The notes under the pieces are model-generated. The model searched no databases. It was not told the origin of the DNA and worked only from the letters and a program-made list of their open reading frames with translations. Of a stretch of DNA of 64,000 nucleotides, positions 19,543 through 29,957 are shown in pieces. A program made the position numbers and the translations under genes. The first letter of the stretch is position 1; the number at the start of each line of letters is the position of its first letter. The stretch lies in contig QCTY01000001.1 of assembly GCA_003208975.1 (NCBI GenBank), positions 10,804-74,803 of the forward strand. The letters are read 5' to 3'. The stretch comes from Synechococcus sp. AG-676-F02 (GTDB lineage: Bacteria > Cyanobacteriota > Cyanobacteriia > PCC-6307 > Cyanobiaceae).

Positions 19543-20316
19543 TCATGCGCCCGCCAGCAGGGATTCGCGAAGCATCGCCAGGGCGCGACTGCGTCGGTTC
19601 AGATGCACGCCGATCCAGCGCTCCGCAACAGCTAGCAGCCGCAGCCATACCTTTTGAGGACCCATGAGCTCACCATCGCGTCGTCGCGGTATGTCGGGGC
19701 GGGTGAGCCGTTGCAGCAGCGCCAGTTCTGAAGGGTTCATCGTCATGGCGGCACCGGGCTGGGCACCGATGGCGAAGCCATCTTCAGGCAACAGGCTGCA
19801 ACGCCACTCCCATTGCCCCAGTGGTGGATCGAGGGGCTTGCCGCTCAGGCAGCAGGTCTGCAGTGGCAGTCCATAGCCCCCAAGGGTGAGCAAGTGCACA
19901 CAGGCCTGCACCGTGCTTGCCAGCACCAGGTCTGGACTCTGCGCGCGTTGTTCGAGCCGCTCCAGATGCAGCAGCAACATCCTCAGGAGCCCCTCCACCG
20001 GATCCTGGGCCGCGATTTGCAGGCAGATGTCGCAGAGAGCCTGAGCCGCAGATAAGGATTCCAGTTGACGGCCCAGTTCGGAGAAGCTGCGCAGCACCTG
20101 CAGTTGTCGGACACGGGGCAGGCCACTGCGGCCCCCGACCTGCAGCTGCAACAGGGTGAGCGGGGCTGCAGCGGCCAGGCTGCTCCTCGGCCGGCGGGCG
20201 CCCGGAACCGCCAGCCGCGTTACCCCCTCGGATTCGCTGAGGAAACTCAGCAGCCTGTCGTGTTCGCCCAGGGGCCCCACCTTGAGGGCCAGTCCCTCCA
20301 ATCGACGCTCCGCCAT
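19543..20316 (-). CDS. recO: DNA repair protein RecO
   Basis: LGEHDRLL, AVPGARRPRS, cyanobacterial position next to deoC. Confidence 0.9.
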   Translation of the reverse strand: MAERRLEGLALKVGPLGEHDRLLSFLSESEGVTRLAVPGARRPRSSLAAAAPLTLLQLQVGGRSGLPRVRQLQVLRSFSELGRQLESLSAAQALCDICLQIAAQDPVEGLLRMLLLHLERLEQRAQSPDLVLASTVQACVHLLTLGGYGLPLQTCCLSGKPLDPPLGQWEWRCSLLPEDGFAIGAQPGAAMTMNPSELALLQRLTRPDIPRRRDGELMGPQKVWLRLLAVAERWIGVHLNRRSRALAMLRESLLAGA

Positions 20317-20997
20317 TCAGCCCGCCGGCCGCCGAAGGGCCTGCACCAATTGCGGAGCGGAACTGGTGCCGATCAGGTCGGCTCCTGCCTCAACGAGCTC
20401 CACTACCAACTCCAGGCTGTGGATCCCGCCTGCAGCTTTGATGGCGCAGCGGTTGCGGCACAGGGCCTTCAGCTGCTGAACCTGATCGGGATGACAAGCG
20501 GGTCCAAAGCCGTTGCTGGTTTGAAGGCCGCTGGCACCGGCGTCGATCGATGCTTCCACGGCCAGGCCCAACTGCTCTTCCGTCAGGCGAGCCATATCGA
20601 GCACCACCCTCACCGGCAGCCCCAACTCGCAGAGGCCTGCTAGTTCCTCTGAGAAACGGTTGGCTTCGTTGTTAGCTAGCGAATGAAAATCGGGGACCAC
20701 ATCCAATTCCTGCGCACCGTGGGCAGCTGCCCACTCGGCCTCGGCATGTTTGAGCTCGGCTGGCACGGCACCGAAGGGGAATCCGATCACCGCGATCAGT
20801 CGAGGACCGTCATCGCTGCGACCCAGCCGGTCTCGCAGCAGCGTCAGCTGTGGAAGGGTTGTGCAGATGGCTCGGACCGCCTTTTGACGGCCCGCATCGC
20901 ACATCTCCAGCAGCTGTTCATTCGTCAGCAGTGGATCGAGGATGGCCTGATCAAGCCGTTGCGGTAGGTCGGGAAGCTCCTTCGGGCGTTCAGCCAT
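20317..20997 (-). CDS. deoC: Deoxyribose-phosphate aldolase
   Basis: VIGFPFG, GAQELDVV, TSNGFG, IKAAGGI, IGTS. Confidence 0.9.
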   Translation of the reverse strand: MAERPKELPDLPQRLDQAILDPLLTNEQLLEMCDAGRQKAVRAICTTLPQLTLLRDRLGRSDDGPRLIAVIGFPFGAVPAELKHAEAEWAAAHGAQELDVVPDFHSLANNEANRFSEELAGLCELGLPVRVVLDMARLTEEQLGLAVEASIDAGASGLQTSNGFGPACHPDQVQQLKALCRNRCAIKAAGGIHSLELVVELVEAGADLIGTSSAPQLVQALRRPAG

Positions 20998-21011
20998 GCC
21001 TCAGCGGTGAA

Positions 21012-21599
21012 TCATTCCCGAGCCTGAATCACGCCATAGCCCCCGTGGTTGCGGCGATAGATCACCTGGAGTTCGCCGCTTTGCCGGTCGCGGAAGAGGT
21101 AGAAGTCATGGTCGATCAGATCGAGTTGCTGCCGGGCTTCCCCAAGATCCATCGGCGGCATCTCGAAGTATTTGCGACGCACGCCGGGGTCGGGGAGTTC
21201 AGCCTGACGGCCATCCAGCAGCGAACCATCCACCTGGCTGTCGTCGCTGAGTGCATCGGTGCTGGGGGTGTTTGAGGCGCTGTGGCCATGGCTGTGGTGG
21301 TGATCGCTGTGGCGTTCCTTCCAGCGCCGCAACTGTCGCGCCAATTTTCCAGCAGCCAAATCGATGCTTGCGTAGAGGTTCTCGCTGCGCTCCTGGGCCC
21401 GGATCACCGTTCCATTGGCGAACACCGTCACCTCAGCGGTCTGCTGGGGCACCCGCGGATTGCGAGCCACGGAAAGATGGACATCCGCCTCTCGCACCGC
21501 ATCACCGAAATGATGGGTGGCCCTTTCGAGCTTGGTTTGGGTGTAATCCCTCAACGCCGGCGTGATCTCGAGGTTGCGACCATGGATCAGCAACTTCAT
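21012..21599 (-). CDS. hpf: Ribosome hibernation promoting factor (LrtA, long HPF)
   Basis: [37 protein letters not shown]. Confidence 0.95.
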   Translation of the reverse strand: MKLLIHGRNLEITPALRDYTQTKLERATHHFGDAVREADVHLSVARNPRVPQQTAEVTVFANGTVIRAQERSENLYASIDLAAGKLARQLRRWKERHSDHHHSHGHSASNTPSTDALSDDSQVDGSLLDGRQAELPDPGVRRKYFEMPPMDLGEARQQLDLIDHDFYLFRDRQSGELQVIYRRNHGGYGVIQARE

Positions 21600-21610
21600 G
21601 CGTCACTCCT

Positions 21611-22306
21611 GTGCCGGTTGTTATCGGCAAGTTAGGTGCGGCTGGCGATTTGGCACACCCCGATTCCGCAATTCTTTTTGAGACATCCGGTCTGGTGCCG
21701 TTCGAACAGGCCTGGATCGCCCAGCGACGTTGGCAGCAACGACTGCTGGATGACGCCACAGCCCCTGCCGCAGTGTGGTTGCTGCAGCATCCGCCCTGTT
21801 ACACGCTCGGCCGCGGGGCCAGCACCCAGCATCTGCATTTCGACCCCGCCCGGCCTCCGGCACCGCTGCATCGCATTGATCGTGGTGGAGAAGTGACCCA
21901 CCATCTCCCCGGACAGCTGGTGGCCTATCTGGTGCTTGATCTGCATCGGCATCAGACGGATCTGCACTGGTACCTGCGCCAGCTGGAGCAGGTGTTGATC
22001 GATGTTTTGGCTCAGCTTGGACTTCACGGTCAACGCCTTCCAGGCTTCACCGGGCTCTGGCTCGACAACCGCAAGGTGGCGGCGATCGGAGTGGGAAGTC
22101 GGCGCTGGATCACGCAACACGGACTGGCTCTGAACGTTTCCTGCGATCTGGATGGATTTGCAAAGATCACCCCCTGCGGGTTGAAGGGACGTACGGTGGG
22201 ATGCCTTGCCGAATGGTTGCCGGGGCTGCTTCCAGCGGAGGTTCAGCCGTTGCTCCGGGACGCCATCGCTGCACGATTTGGTCTGGTCTGGTCCGAAGAA
22301 GCGTGA
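21611..22306 (+). CDS. lipB: Lipoyl(octanoyl) transferase
   Basis: [40 protein letters not shown]. Confidence 0.95.
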   Translation: MPVVIGKLGAAGDLAHPDSAILFETSGLVPFEQAWIAQRRWQQRLLDDATAPAAVWLLQHPPCYTLGRGASTQHLHFDPARPPAPLHRIDRGGEVTHHLPGQLVAYLVLDLHRHQTDLHWYLRQLEQVLIDVLAQLGLHGQRLPGFTGLWLDNRKVAAIGVGSRRWITQHGLALNVSCDLDGFAKITPCGLKGRTVGCLAEWLPGLLPAEVQPLLRDAIAARFGLVWSEEA

Positions 22307-22337
22307 TAGGCCTGAGCACAACAACTAAACAGTCCGG

Positions 22338-24214
22338 ATGACGGCCAGCTGGAGACCCTGTGCCCGCGAACAGCAGGCTTTGCAGCGCCATTCCTACGTT
22401 CAGAGCCTCGACAGCGTGGATGCTGTCTGGCCCTGGCTCGCCGATCACCACGGCAGCACCATTGCTGTGGATGCCCCCCATGCGGCGCATCCGGAACGGT
22501 TCAGTTTTGGTGAGCTGGCCGAAAGGATTGCCATTGCTGCGGTGGCGTTTCGGCGCGCCGGTGTTGAGAACGGCGACGTTGTGGCTCTGTTCGCAGAGAA
22601 CAGCCCACGCTGGCTGGTGGCGGATCAGGGCCTGATGCGAGCGGGCGCCGCCGACGCTGTTCGCGGTGCATCGGCTCCTGTGGAGGAGTTGCGTTACATC
22701 CTTGACGATTGCCGGGCCACAGCTCTGGTGGTGCAGAACGTTGCCCTGCTGGAGCGTCTGGCCTTGACACCGGAGCAGCGCTCAACGCTTCGGTTGTTGG
22801 TTGGGAGCCGTTTCTGAAATCCGCGGTCGGTCAGCCTTCCCTCAGCTCGAGCCATGGACGCCAGCAGCTCGCCACGCTGCTGTACACCTCAGGCACGACG
22901 GGTCAGCCAAAGGGAGTTCCACTCACCCACGCCAATCTCCTTCATCAGATGCGCTCGCTGGCCTGTGTGGCCTATCCCGCGCCAGGGTCTCCGGTGCTCA
23001 GTGTTCTCCCCATCTGGCATGCCTATGAGCGCAGCGCCAGCTACTACTTCCTGTCCTGCGCCTGCACGCAGACCTACACAACGATCAAGCAGCTTAAAAA
23101 GGATCTGCCTCGGGTTCAGCCGATTGCCATGGCCACGGTGCCGCGGTTGTGGGAGTCGGTGCAGGCCGGGTTTGAGGACGTGCTCAAGACGTTTCCTCCC
23201 TCACGCCAGCGCCTTCTGCGTGCAGCGCTGAAGAACAGTGCGGCTCAACGCCTGGCTCTGCGCCGGGCCCGTGGCTTGATGCTGGATGCCGAGTCGTCAC
23301 TGGCGCGGGTGCGGGGTGCAGCAGCAGCAGCCATCCGCTGGCCGCTGCATGCACTGGCTTCAGCTCTGATCTGGCCCAAATTGCGTCGTCAGCTCAGCGG
23401 CGGACAACTCGCCTATCCGATCAGTGGTGGCGGTGCCATCGCCCCACACATCGATGCCTTTTTCGAAGCCGTTGGAATTGAGCTGTTGGTGGGCTACGGC
23501 CTTACCGAAACCAGCCCTGTGATTAGCTGCCGCAGACCGTGGCGCAATATTCGCGGCAGTTCCGGTCTGCCGATGCCGGGCACCGAATTCCGCATCGTTG
23601 ACCCTGACACGGGAGTGGCTCTCGGGTACCGCGAGCGAGGCCTGGTTCTGGTGCGTGGGCCGCAGGTGATGGGGGGGTACTTGGGAAAGCCGGAGGCAAC
23701 CGAGAAAGTGCTGGATTCCGATGGCTGGTTTGATACCGGTGACCTGGGCATTTTGTTGCCGGATGGATCGGTGGCGCTCACCGGTCGCGCCAAGGACACG
23801 ATCGTGCTCAGCAGTGGCGAGAACATCGAACCTGGGCCTCTGGAGGAAGCTCTCGTGGCCAGCCCGTTGATTGAGCAGGTGATGCTGGTGGGTCAGGACC
23901 AGCGTCAGCTCGGGGCATTGATCGTGCCGCGCGCGGAGGCGATTCTCGCCTGGGCAACGACGCAAGACCTTGATGTGGGATCAGACCTTGGCGGAAACCC
24001 CGGTGATCCGGCACTGCTGCGGTTGCTGATGCGGGAGTGCAATCGGTTGTTGAAGCAGCGCACCGGGGCCCGTGGCGATGAACGATTGGCCGGTGTGGTG
24101 TTGGTGGATCCGTTCAGCATTGAAAACGGCCTGCTCACGCAGACGCTCAAACAGCGCCGTGATCGGATCACCGCCCGTGATTCGGAGTTGATCGAGGGGC
24201 TTTACGGAGGTTGA
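22338..24214 (+). pseudogene. Long-chain acyl-ACP/acyl-CoA synthetase (Aas/FadD family), split by a frameshift at about 22795
   Basis: N-terminal part 22338-22817 (ENSPRWLVADQG) and C-terminal part (YTSGTTGQPKG, GYGLTE, TGDLG, GRAKD, TLKQRR) are in different frames. Confidence 0.85.
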
Positions 24215-24294
24215 AGGCCGCTTGCAAGGCCGGTTCTCCGGCGATTGACCGCAGGAGCCTCGCCTGACACGCTTCTCAACGTTGTGGTTTTTCT

Positions 24295-24762
24295 ATGGCT
24301 GACGTCACCTCACTCACCATCAAGCGTCCGATCACCGTGCGCGCCGTGGTGACACCAACCTGGAAGGAAGAAGCAGAGCGTGAAATCAGCAATGGCATCG
24401 CTGCGGCTGATCAGCAGTTGGCTCAGCTGGAGCAGGAAGGCCAGCAGGTGGTGGAACAGGTGCGTCGTCAGAGTGCTAATCCGCTGGATCCGAGGGTTCA
24501 GGAGCAGGTGGCCAACATCCAGCAGCAGGTGGCTGGAAAGAGATCCGAGCTGGAAGAGCAGAAGCGCAACTTGTTGCAGCAGCAGGCCCAGGTTCGCGAA
24601 CTTGAGATGGACCAGATCGTGGAGCAGGGTCAGCTGGAGAGCAGTTGTGAGCTGAAAGTGGGTGACAATCTTGTGCAGAAGATGCAGGTCTCCATCGTTG
24701 TGAAGGACGGTGTCGTCCAGTCGATGGAAGACGCTGATAAGGACTCTTCAGTCGACTCGTAA
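24295..24762 (+). CDS. YlqD family protein
   Basis: IKRPITVRAVVTPTWKEE, coiled coil, VGDNLV, VKDGVV. Confidence 0.85.
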   Translation: MADVTSLTIKRPITVRAVVTPTWKEEAEREISNGIAAADQQLAQLEQEGQQVVEQVRRQSANPLDPRVQEQVANIQQQVAGKRSELEEQKRNLLQQQAQVRELEMDQIVEQGQLESSCELKVGDNLVQKMQVSIVVKDGVVQSMEDADKDSSVDS

Positions 24763-24792
24763 AGTCAATTAATCGGTCCTTCGGAGACGGTT

Positions 24793-26148
24793 TTGGCGAC
24801 CCACGACATCTTCATGCCTGCCCTCAGCTCCACCATGACGGAGGGCAAGATTGTCGAGTGGCTGAAGCAGCCCGGCGACAAGGTGGGTCGCGGAGAGTCC
24901 GTGCTGGTTGTGGAGTCCGATAAAGCGGATATGGACGTGGAGTCTTTTCAGGACGGCTATCTGGCAGCTGTCCTGATGCCGGCAGGCAGTACGGCTCCAG
25001 TGGGAGAGACGATCGGCCTGATCGTCGAGACCGAAGCCGAGATCGCTGATGCCCAGGCCAAGGCTCCAAGCTCGCCAGCTCAGTCCGCGCCAGCTCCGGC
25101 CACGACTCCTGAACCGACCCCGGCTGCCGTTGTCACAGCACCGTTGGCTCCAGCCCCCCAACCTGCTCCGACCCCTGCCCCCTCAGCCCCTGCTCCTCCA
25201 GCAACGGGTTCCACGGCGCCGGTGATCAACGATGGCCGCATCATTGCCAGCCCAAGGGCCAAGAAGCTGGCCGCCCAGCTGGGCGTTGACCTGGCCACGG
25301 TGCGTGGGAGCGGGCCCCATGGCCGCATCCAGGCTGAGGACGTTCAGCAGGCGGGTGGACAACCCGTTTCCGTTCCGCGGGTTGCTGAAGGAACAACCGC
25401 TGCTGCCACTGTTGCCCCTGCGCCAGCATCGGGGGGTGCAGCCTCAGCTCCTGCCGGCAACAGCTTTGGCCGTCCCGGTGAGACCGTGCCTTTCAACACG
25501 CTTCAGGGTGCGGTCAACCGCAACATGGAGGCAAGCCTGGCTTTGCCTTGCTTCCGCGTCGGCTACACCATCACCACCGACAAGTTGGATGCTTTTTACA
25601 AGCAGGTGAAACCAAAGGGCGTCACGATGACGGCCCTGCTGGCCAAAGCCGTCGCGGTCACGCTTGCCCGACATCCTCAGGTGAACGCGGCAACCACATC
25701 TGAGGGAATGGCCTACCCCGCGGACGTCAATGTGGCGGTTGCTGTCGCGATGGAAGATGGCGGACTGATTACGCCGGTTCTGAGAGGCGCAGACCGAATC
25801 GATCTTTATGAGTTGTCGCGCCAGTGGAAAGATCTGGTGAAACGTTCACGCAGCAAGCAACTTCAGCCTGAGGAATACAGCACGGGTACCTTCACCCTTT
25901 CCAACCTGGGCATGTTTGGGGTTGATCGTTTTGATGCGATTCTCCCCCCGGGAACCGGCGCCATTCTTGCAGTAGCAGCCTCTCGCCCCACGGTTGTGGC
26001 CGACAAGGCTGGCTCGATTTCGGTCAAGCCTCAGATGCAGGTCAACCTCACCGCTGATCACAGGGTGATCTATGGCGCTGATGGTGCTGCGTTCCTCAAG
26101 GACCTCGCTGAACTGATTGAAACCCGCCCTGAAAGCCTGACGCTCTGA
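24793..26148 (+). CDS. pdhC: Pyruvate dehydrogenase E2, dihydrolipoamide acetyltransferase
   Basis: Lipoyl domain ESDKADM, Pro/Ala linker, [24 protein letters not shown]. Confidence 0.96.
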   Translation: MATHDIFMPALSSTMTEGKIVEWLKQPGDKVGRGESVLVVESDKADMDVESFQDGYLAAVLMPAGSTAPVGETIGLIVETEAEIADAQAKAPSSPAQSAPAPATTPEPTPAAVVTAPLAPAPQPAPTPAPSAPAPPATGSTAPVINDGRIIASPRAKKLAAQLGVDLATVRGSGPHGRIQAEDVQQAGGQPVSVPRVAEGTTAAATVAPAPASGGAASAPAGNSFGRPGETVPFNTLQGAVNRNMEASLALPCFRVGYTITTDKLDAFYKQVKPKGVTMTALLAKAVAVTLARHPQVNAATTSEGMAYPADVNVAVAVAMEDGGLITPVLRGADRIDLYELSRQWKDLVKRSRSKQLQPEEYSTGTFTLSNLGMFGVDRFDAILPPGTGAILAVAASRPTVVADKAGSISVKPQMQVNLTADHRVIYGADGAAFLKDLAELIETRPESLTL

Positions 26149-26152
26149 CCGG

Positions 26153-27250
26153 GTGTCCGACTTCAGGGACAGTCAGCTCAGCAGCTTCGACTACGACCTG
26201 CCGAAAGAGCGCATCGCCCAGGCACCGGTTGAACCCCGCCACAGTGCGCGGTTGATGCTGGTGCCGGCTCGAGACGAGCCGTTTGAATCGGTTCGTCATG
26301 GGCATGTCTGGGACCTGTTGGAGGAACTTCATGCCGGTGACCTGCTTGTGGTCAACGACACCCGCGTCCTGAAGGCTCGACTCAAAGTGCGGCGTGATGG
26401 AGGTGGGTTGTCCGAGTTGCTGGTGCTGGAGCCCCGTGGTGAAGGGCAATGGCTGTGTCTGGCTCGACCAGCCAAGCGGATGCGGCCCGGCGATGAGCTC
26501 ACCGTTGATGGAACCTCCATCCGGTTGACGGTGGTTTCTGAAGATTCCGCCAGTGGTGGCCGGGTTGTTCAGTTTCCTGCGGACTGTGTAGATGCAGAAA
26601 CGATTGAGGTTCTGCTCGATCAGTGCGGTGAAGTGCCACTTCCCCCGTATATCAATCGGCATGATCCAGCAGATGCTGAGAGATATCAGACGCGTTTTGC
26701 CGATCGGCCCGGTGCGGTGGCGGCACCGACGGCCGGGCTGCATTTCAGCGATGAGCTGCTGGCTGGATTACAGCGAAAAGGGATCCAACTAGCCCGAATC
26801 ACGCTGCACGTGGGATTGGGTACGTTCCGCCCTGTGGAGACGGAAGATCTCACACAATTGGAACTTCACAGCGAGTGGATTGAGGTTTCGCCTGCTGTTG
26901 TCGAGGCCATTAAGACCTGCCCAGGACGGGTCATTGCCGTGGGTACGACCAGTGTGCGAGCTCTCGAGGGTGCTGCGCATGTTCATGGGGGTCTGCTTCA
27001 GTCCTACAGCGGCCCCGTGAACCTTGTGATTCAGCCTGGATATCGTTTTGCCGTGGTTCAGGGACTGCTCACTAATTTTCACCTGCCCAAAAGCTCGTTG
27101 TTGTTATTGGTGAGTGCTCTGATTGGGCGCGAAAAATTATTGCGTTTGTATGCCGAAGCAATTGCTCAGGATTATCGCTTTTTCTCCTACGGTGATGCCA
27201 TGTGGATTGCGCCTGAAGCCGTTCTCCAAGACGCTGCATCTCATGTTTGA
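26153..27250 (+). CDS. queA: S-adenosylmethionine:tRNA ribosyltransferase-isomerase
   Basis: [41 protein letters not shown]. Confidence 0.97.
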   Translation: MSDFRDSQLSSFDYDLPKERIAQAPVEPRHSARLMLVPARDEPFESVRHGHVWDLLEELHAGDLLVVNDTRVLKARLKVRRDGGGLSELLVLEPRGEGQWLCLARPAKRMRPGDELTVDGTSIRLTVVSEDSASGGRVVQFPADCVDAETIEVLLDQCGEVPLPPYINRHDPADAERYQTRFADRPGAVAAPTAGLHFSDELLAGLQRKGIQLARITLHVGLGTFRPVETEDLTQLELHSEWIEVSPAVVEAIKTCPGRVIAVGTTSVRALEGAAHVHGGLLQSYSGPVNLVIQPGYRFAVVQGLLTNFHLPKSSLLLLVSALIGREKLLRLYAEAIAQDYRFFSYGDAMWIAPEAVLQDAASHV

Positions 27251-27379
27251 AAGGAATTAAGATTGAAATCTAAGTAAGCAAGGCCTGGGCTAGATCTTGC
27301 GAGGTTTCATGTCAAAAAAGTGACAGTGGAGAGAGGTGTTTGGCTATTTTTAGCTTCGGGATTTTAGTGATCTTGACTT

Positions 27380-28747
27380 ATGAGTAGGCATGCATATTCT
27401 TTGATTGGTGATGGAGGGTTTGCTGTGTTCGAACAGTCTTTGGCTCAAGCTGCTCCGTTGCACTTCTCTTTTGAGACAGCTCTCCTGGCGCTGTCTTGTC
27501 TTTTGATTTTGTCAATTTTTACTGAAAAAATTGGTCGTCGACTGGGGATACCTGGCGCTATTTTTCTTTTTTTTGTTGGTTTATTTTTTCATGTTTCCGG
27601 CTTCAGCTTTAAGGGTTTTCCCTTGGAGGAGGTACATGCCATTGCATTGACTGTGCTTCTTTTTTTCAGTGGTCTTTCCTTTGATCGCTCGCTATTGAAA
27701 AGAAGTGGGCAGTTGATGAGTTCCGTGCAGTTGGCTGTTTTGGGTACGGTATTTAGTATGGCGTTTTTATTGTTCTATTTGCGTTTTGGAATAGGTATCT
27801 TTCGGTCTTGGACGGGGTATTTGGATGGCGTAAAGCCAAACATCGTTTCATTGATCACTGTGATCATTGTTGCTTCTATTGCCGTTCAAGATTGGAATGC
27901 ATTTGCATTTGTTTCTGGAAAAATCAAAGATCTTAAAAGTATTGTGTCTGATATCTTTAAGGTTGAAACGGCGATTTCTGCTTCGATTGCGGTCGCTATT
28001 GCCGAGCTGGCCATTCTTCTTTGGTTGGCACTTAATCCTGCGTTTGGATCCTATCAAGGTGGTGAGTTGCTGTCGAAGATCTTCTATGGAATTTGGCTTG
28101 GAACTGCTACGGGCCTTGCTTTTGGCTTTTTGTTGACCCTGGTTATTCGCTTTCTGGTTACATCAAATTCGCAGCTTGTTCTTGCTGCTTTAGCGTTTGT
28201 ATTTACCGGTTATGTAATTACGTTTGTTGTGGCTAGTCAAGGAGGGTACTTGTGTGCTCTTGTCATGGGTGTGGTGACATCGTTGGCCTATCGCAATTCA
28301 TCGACTGAGGGGGAGATTTCGTTCTTGTCGGAATCGCTCGATTCTGTGAATATTGCTTCGGAGGCGATTCTGTTTTTTGTTGTCGGCCTGGGGCTTAATG
28401 CTGGTTCATTTTTAATGCACTTGCCAATGGCCTTTTACACGTGGGTGGGTATTGTTTTGGTAAGGCCGATCTCGGTTTCTCTTTTCTTTCGAAGAGGTCA
28501 TGTGCCTCCAAAAGAAAAGATGCTCCTTGCTTCGTTTAGTCCGAAAGGTGCTATTTCAATGGCACTTGTCATGACTGCACCCACAATGCTTGAGCACACA
28601 TTTGGCCTGGATGTGTCTGGTGCTCTTTCGCCGGACTCCTTAGAGTTTATGGCTGATGTTGTATGTGGAGCTGTTCTTATATCCATGCTGTTTAAATCGT
28701 TCTTATTCCCCCGTCTTCACCGCAAGCTCCTGTCTGTTGAGTCTTGA
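27380..28747 (+). CDS. Divergent cation:proton antiporter (CPA1, NhaP/CvrA-like); start may be the GTG of VFEQ
   Basis: About 12-13 TM segments; LLFFSGL, GGYLCALVMG, LFFVVGL, VLVRP, PKGAIS. AT/T-rich DNA. Confidence 0.75.
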   Translation: MSRHAYSLIGDGGFAVFEQSLAQAAPLHFSFETALLALSCLLILSIFTEKIGRRLGIPGAIFLFFVGLFFHVSGFSFKGFPLEEVHAIALTVLLFFSGLSFDRSLLKRSGQLMSSVQLAVLGTVFSMAFLLFYLRFGIGIFRSWTGYLDGVKPNIVSLITVIIVASIAVQDWNAFAFVSGKIKDLKSIVSDIFKVETAISASIAVAIAELAILLWLALNPAFGSYQGGELLSKIFYGIWLGTATGLAFGFLLTLVIRFLVTSNSQLVLAALAFVFTGYVITFVVASQGGYLCALVMGVVTSLAYRNSSTEGEISFLSESLDSVNIASEAILFFVVGLGLNAGSFLMHLPMAFYTWVGIVLVRPISVSLFFRRGHVPPKEKMLLASFSPKGAISMALVMTAPTMLEHTFGLDVSGALSPDSLEFMADVVCGAVLISMLFKSFLFPRLHRKLLSVES

Positions 28748-28831
28748 ACAGCAAACGAGTCTGCAGCCGGTACTTTCGTTGATATCAGATTTGGCCTAAT
28801 GAACGGTTGTTGATTAGGTGGCTTTTTGAAA

Positions 28832-28856
28832 GGTGAGCATTGGTGACATGCTCACC
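28832..28856. terminator. Hairpin between the convergent antiporter gene and cysK
   Basis: GGTGAGCAT-7nt-ATGCTCACC, a perfect 9-bp stem followed by TTTC on the cysK strand. Confidence 0.65.
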
Positions 28857-28868
28857 GTATTGAATTGA

Positions 28869-29855
28869 TCAGGCAGTAACAGGCTGTTCAATGATTCCGG
28901 TCGGTACATCCGCAAACATCACCGAGGAGAGATAACGCTCCGCTAGATCGGGCAGCACCACCACGATTGTCTTGCCGGCATACTCCTCTTGTTCAGCCAG
29001 CCGAATCGCTGCAACCGCCGCTGCGCCACAGGAGATCCCCACCAGCAGACCTTCCTCTTTAGCCAGTCTCAGGGCCATCTCAACGGATTCATCGTTGGTG
29101 ACCTGCTCGACCTTGTCGACAACAGACAGGTCAAGGTTTTTGGGAATGAAGCCGGCGCCGATGCCTTGGATTTTGTGTGGACCAGGCTTGACTGCCTCAC
29201 CATTCAGGGTCTGGGTGATCACCGGGCTGTGGCTTGGTTCAACGGCAACAGATTCAATCGCCTTGCCAGCTTCGTTTTTGATGTAACGCGAAACGCCGGT
29301 AATGGTGCCGCCGGTACCGACGCCAGCCACCAACACATCGATGGCTCCATCACAGTCGTTCCAGATTTCCGGACCGGTGGTCTTGAAGTGGATCTCAGGG
29401 TTGGCTGGATTCTCGAACTGCCCTGGCATGAAGTATTTGGCTGGCTCGCTTTCAGCGATTTCCTTTGCCTTGGCGATGGCACCAGGCATGCCCTTGGCGG
29501 CTTCGGTGAGAACCAGCTCAGCCCCCAGAACAGCCATCATTCGCCGACGCTCGATCGACATCGATTCGGGCATTGTCAGGATCAGTTTGTAGCCCTTTGC
29601 GGCCGCTGTGAATGCCAGCGCGATGCCCGTGTTGCCGGATGTGGGCTCAACGATCACCTTGTCTTTGGTGAGCTTGCCGCTTTTTTCTGCATCCCAGATC
29701 ATGTTGGCGCCGATCCGGCATTTCACGCTGTAAGCGGGATTGCGTCCTTCCACTTTGGCCAGCACCGTGGCCTTGCAGTTCTTGGTGACGCTGTTCAGCT
29801 TCACTAGCGGAGTGTTGCCGATGGCGAGGCTGTTGTCGTCGTAAATGCGAGCCAT
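28869..29855 (-). CDS. cysK: Cysteine synthase A
   Basis: [45 protein letters not shown]. Confidence 0.97.
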   Translation of the reverse strand: MARIYDDNSLAIGNTPLVKLNSVTKNCKATVLAKVEGRNPAYSVKCRIGANMIWDAEKSGKLTKDKVIVEPTSGNTGIALAFTAAAKGYKLILTMPESMSIERRRMMAVLGAELVLTEAAKGMPGAIAKAKEIAESEPAKYFMPGQFENPANPEIHFKTTGPEIWNDCDGAIDVLVAGVGTGGTITGVSRYIKNEAGKAIESVAVEPSHSPVITQTLNGEAVKPGPHKIQGIGAGFIPKNLDLSVVDKVEQVTNDESVEMALRLAKEEGLLVGISCGAAAVAAIRLAEQEEYAGKTIVVVLPDLAERYLSSVMFADVPTGIIEQPVTA

Positions 29856-29957
29856 TGCAGGTGGAGTAGGCACCGATTCTTCAACCTACGCAGGGCCAAC
29901 GTTTGTTGAGGCCCCGCTTAAGACATTTTTCCAAGACTGTTGTCGTCCTGAACAACA

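Noticed and set aside
25060-25230. Pro/Ala-rich low-complexity tract
   Set aside because: Normal flexible linker of the PDH E2 subunit.
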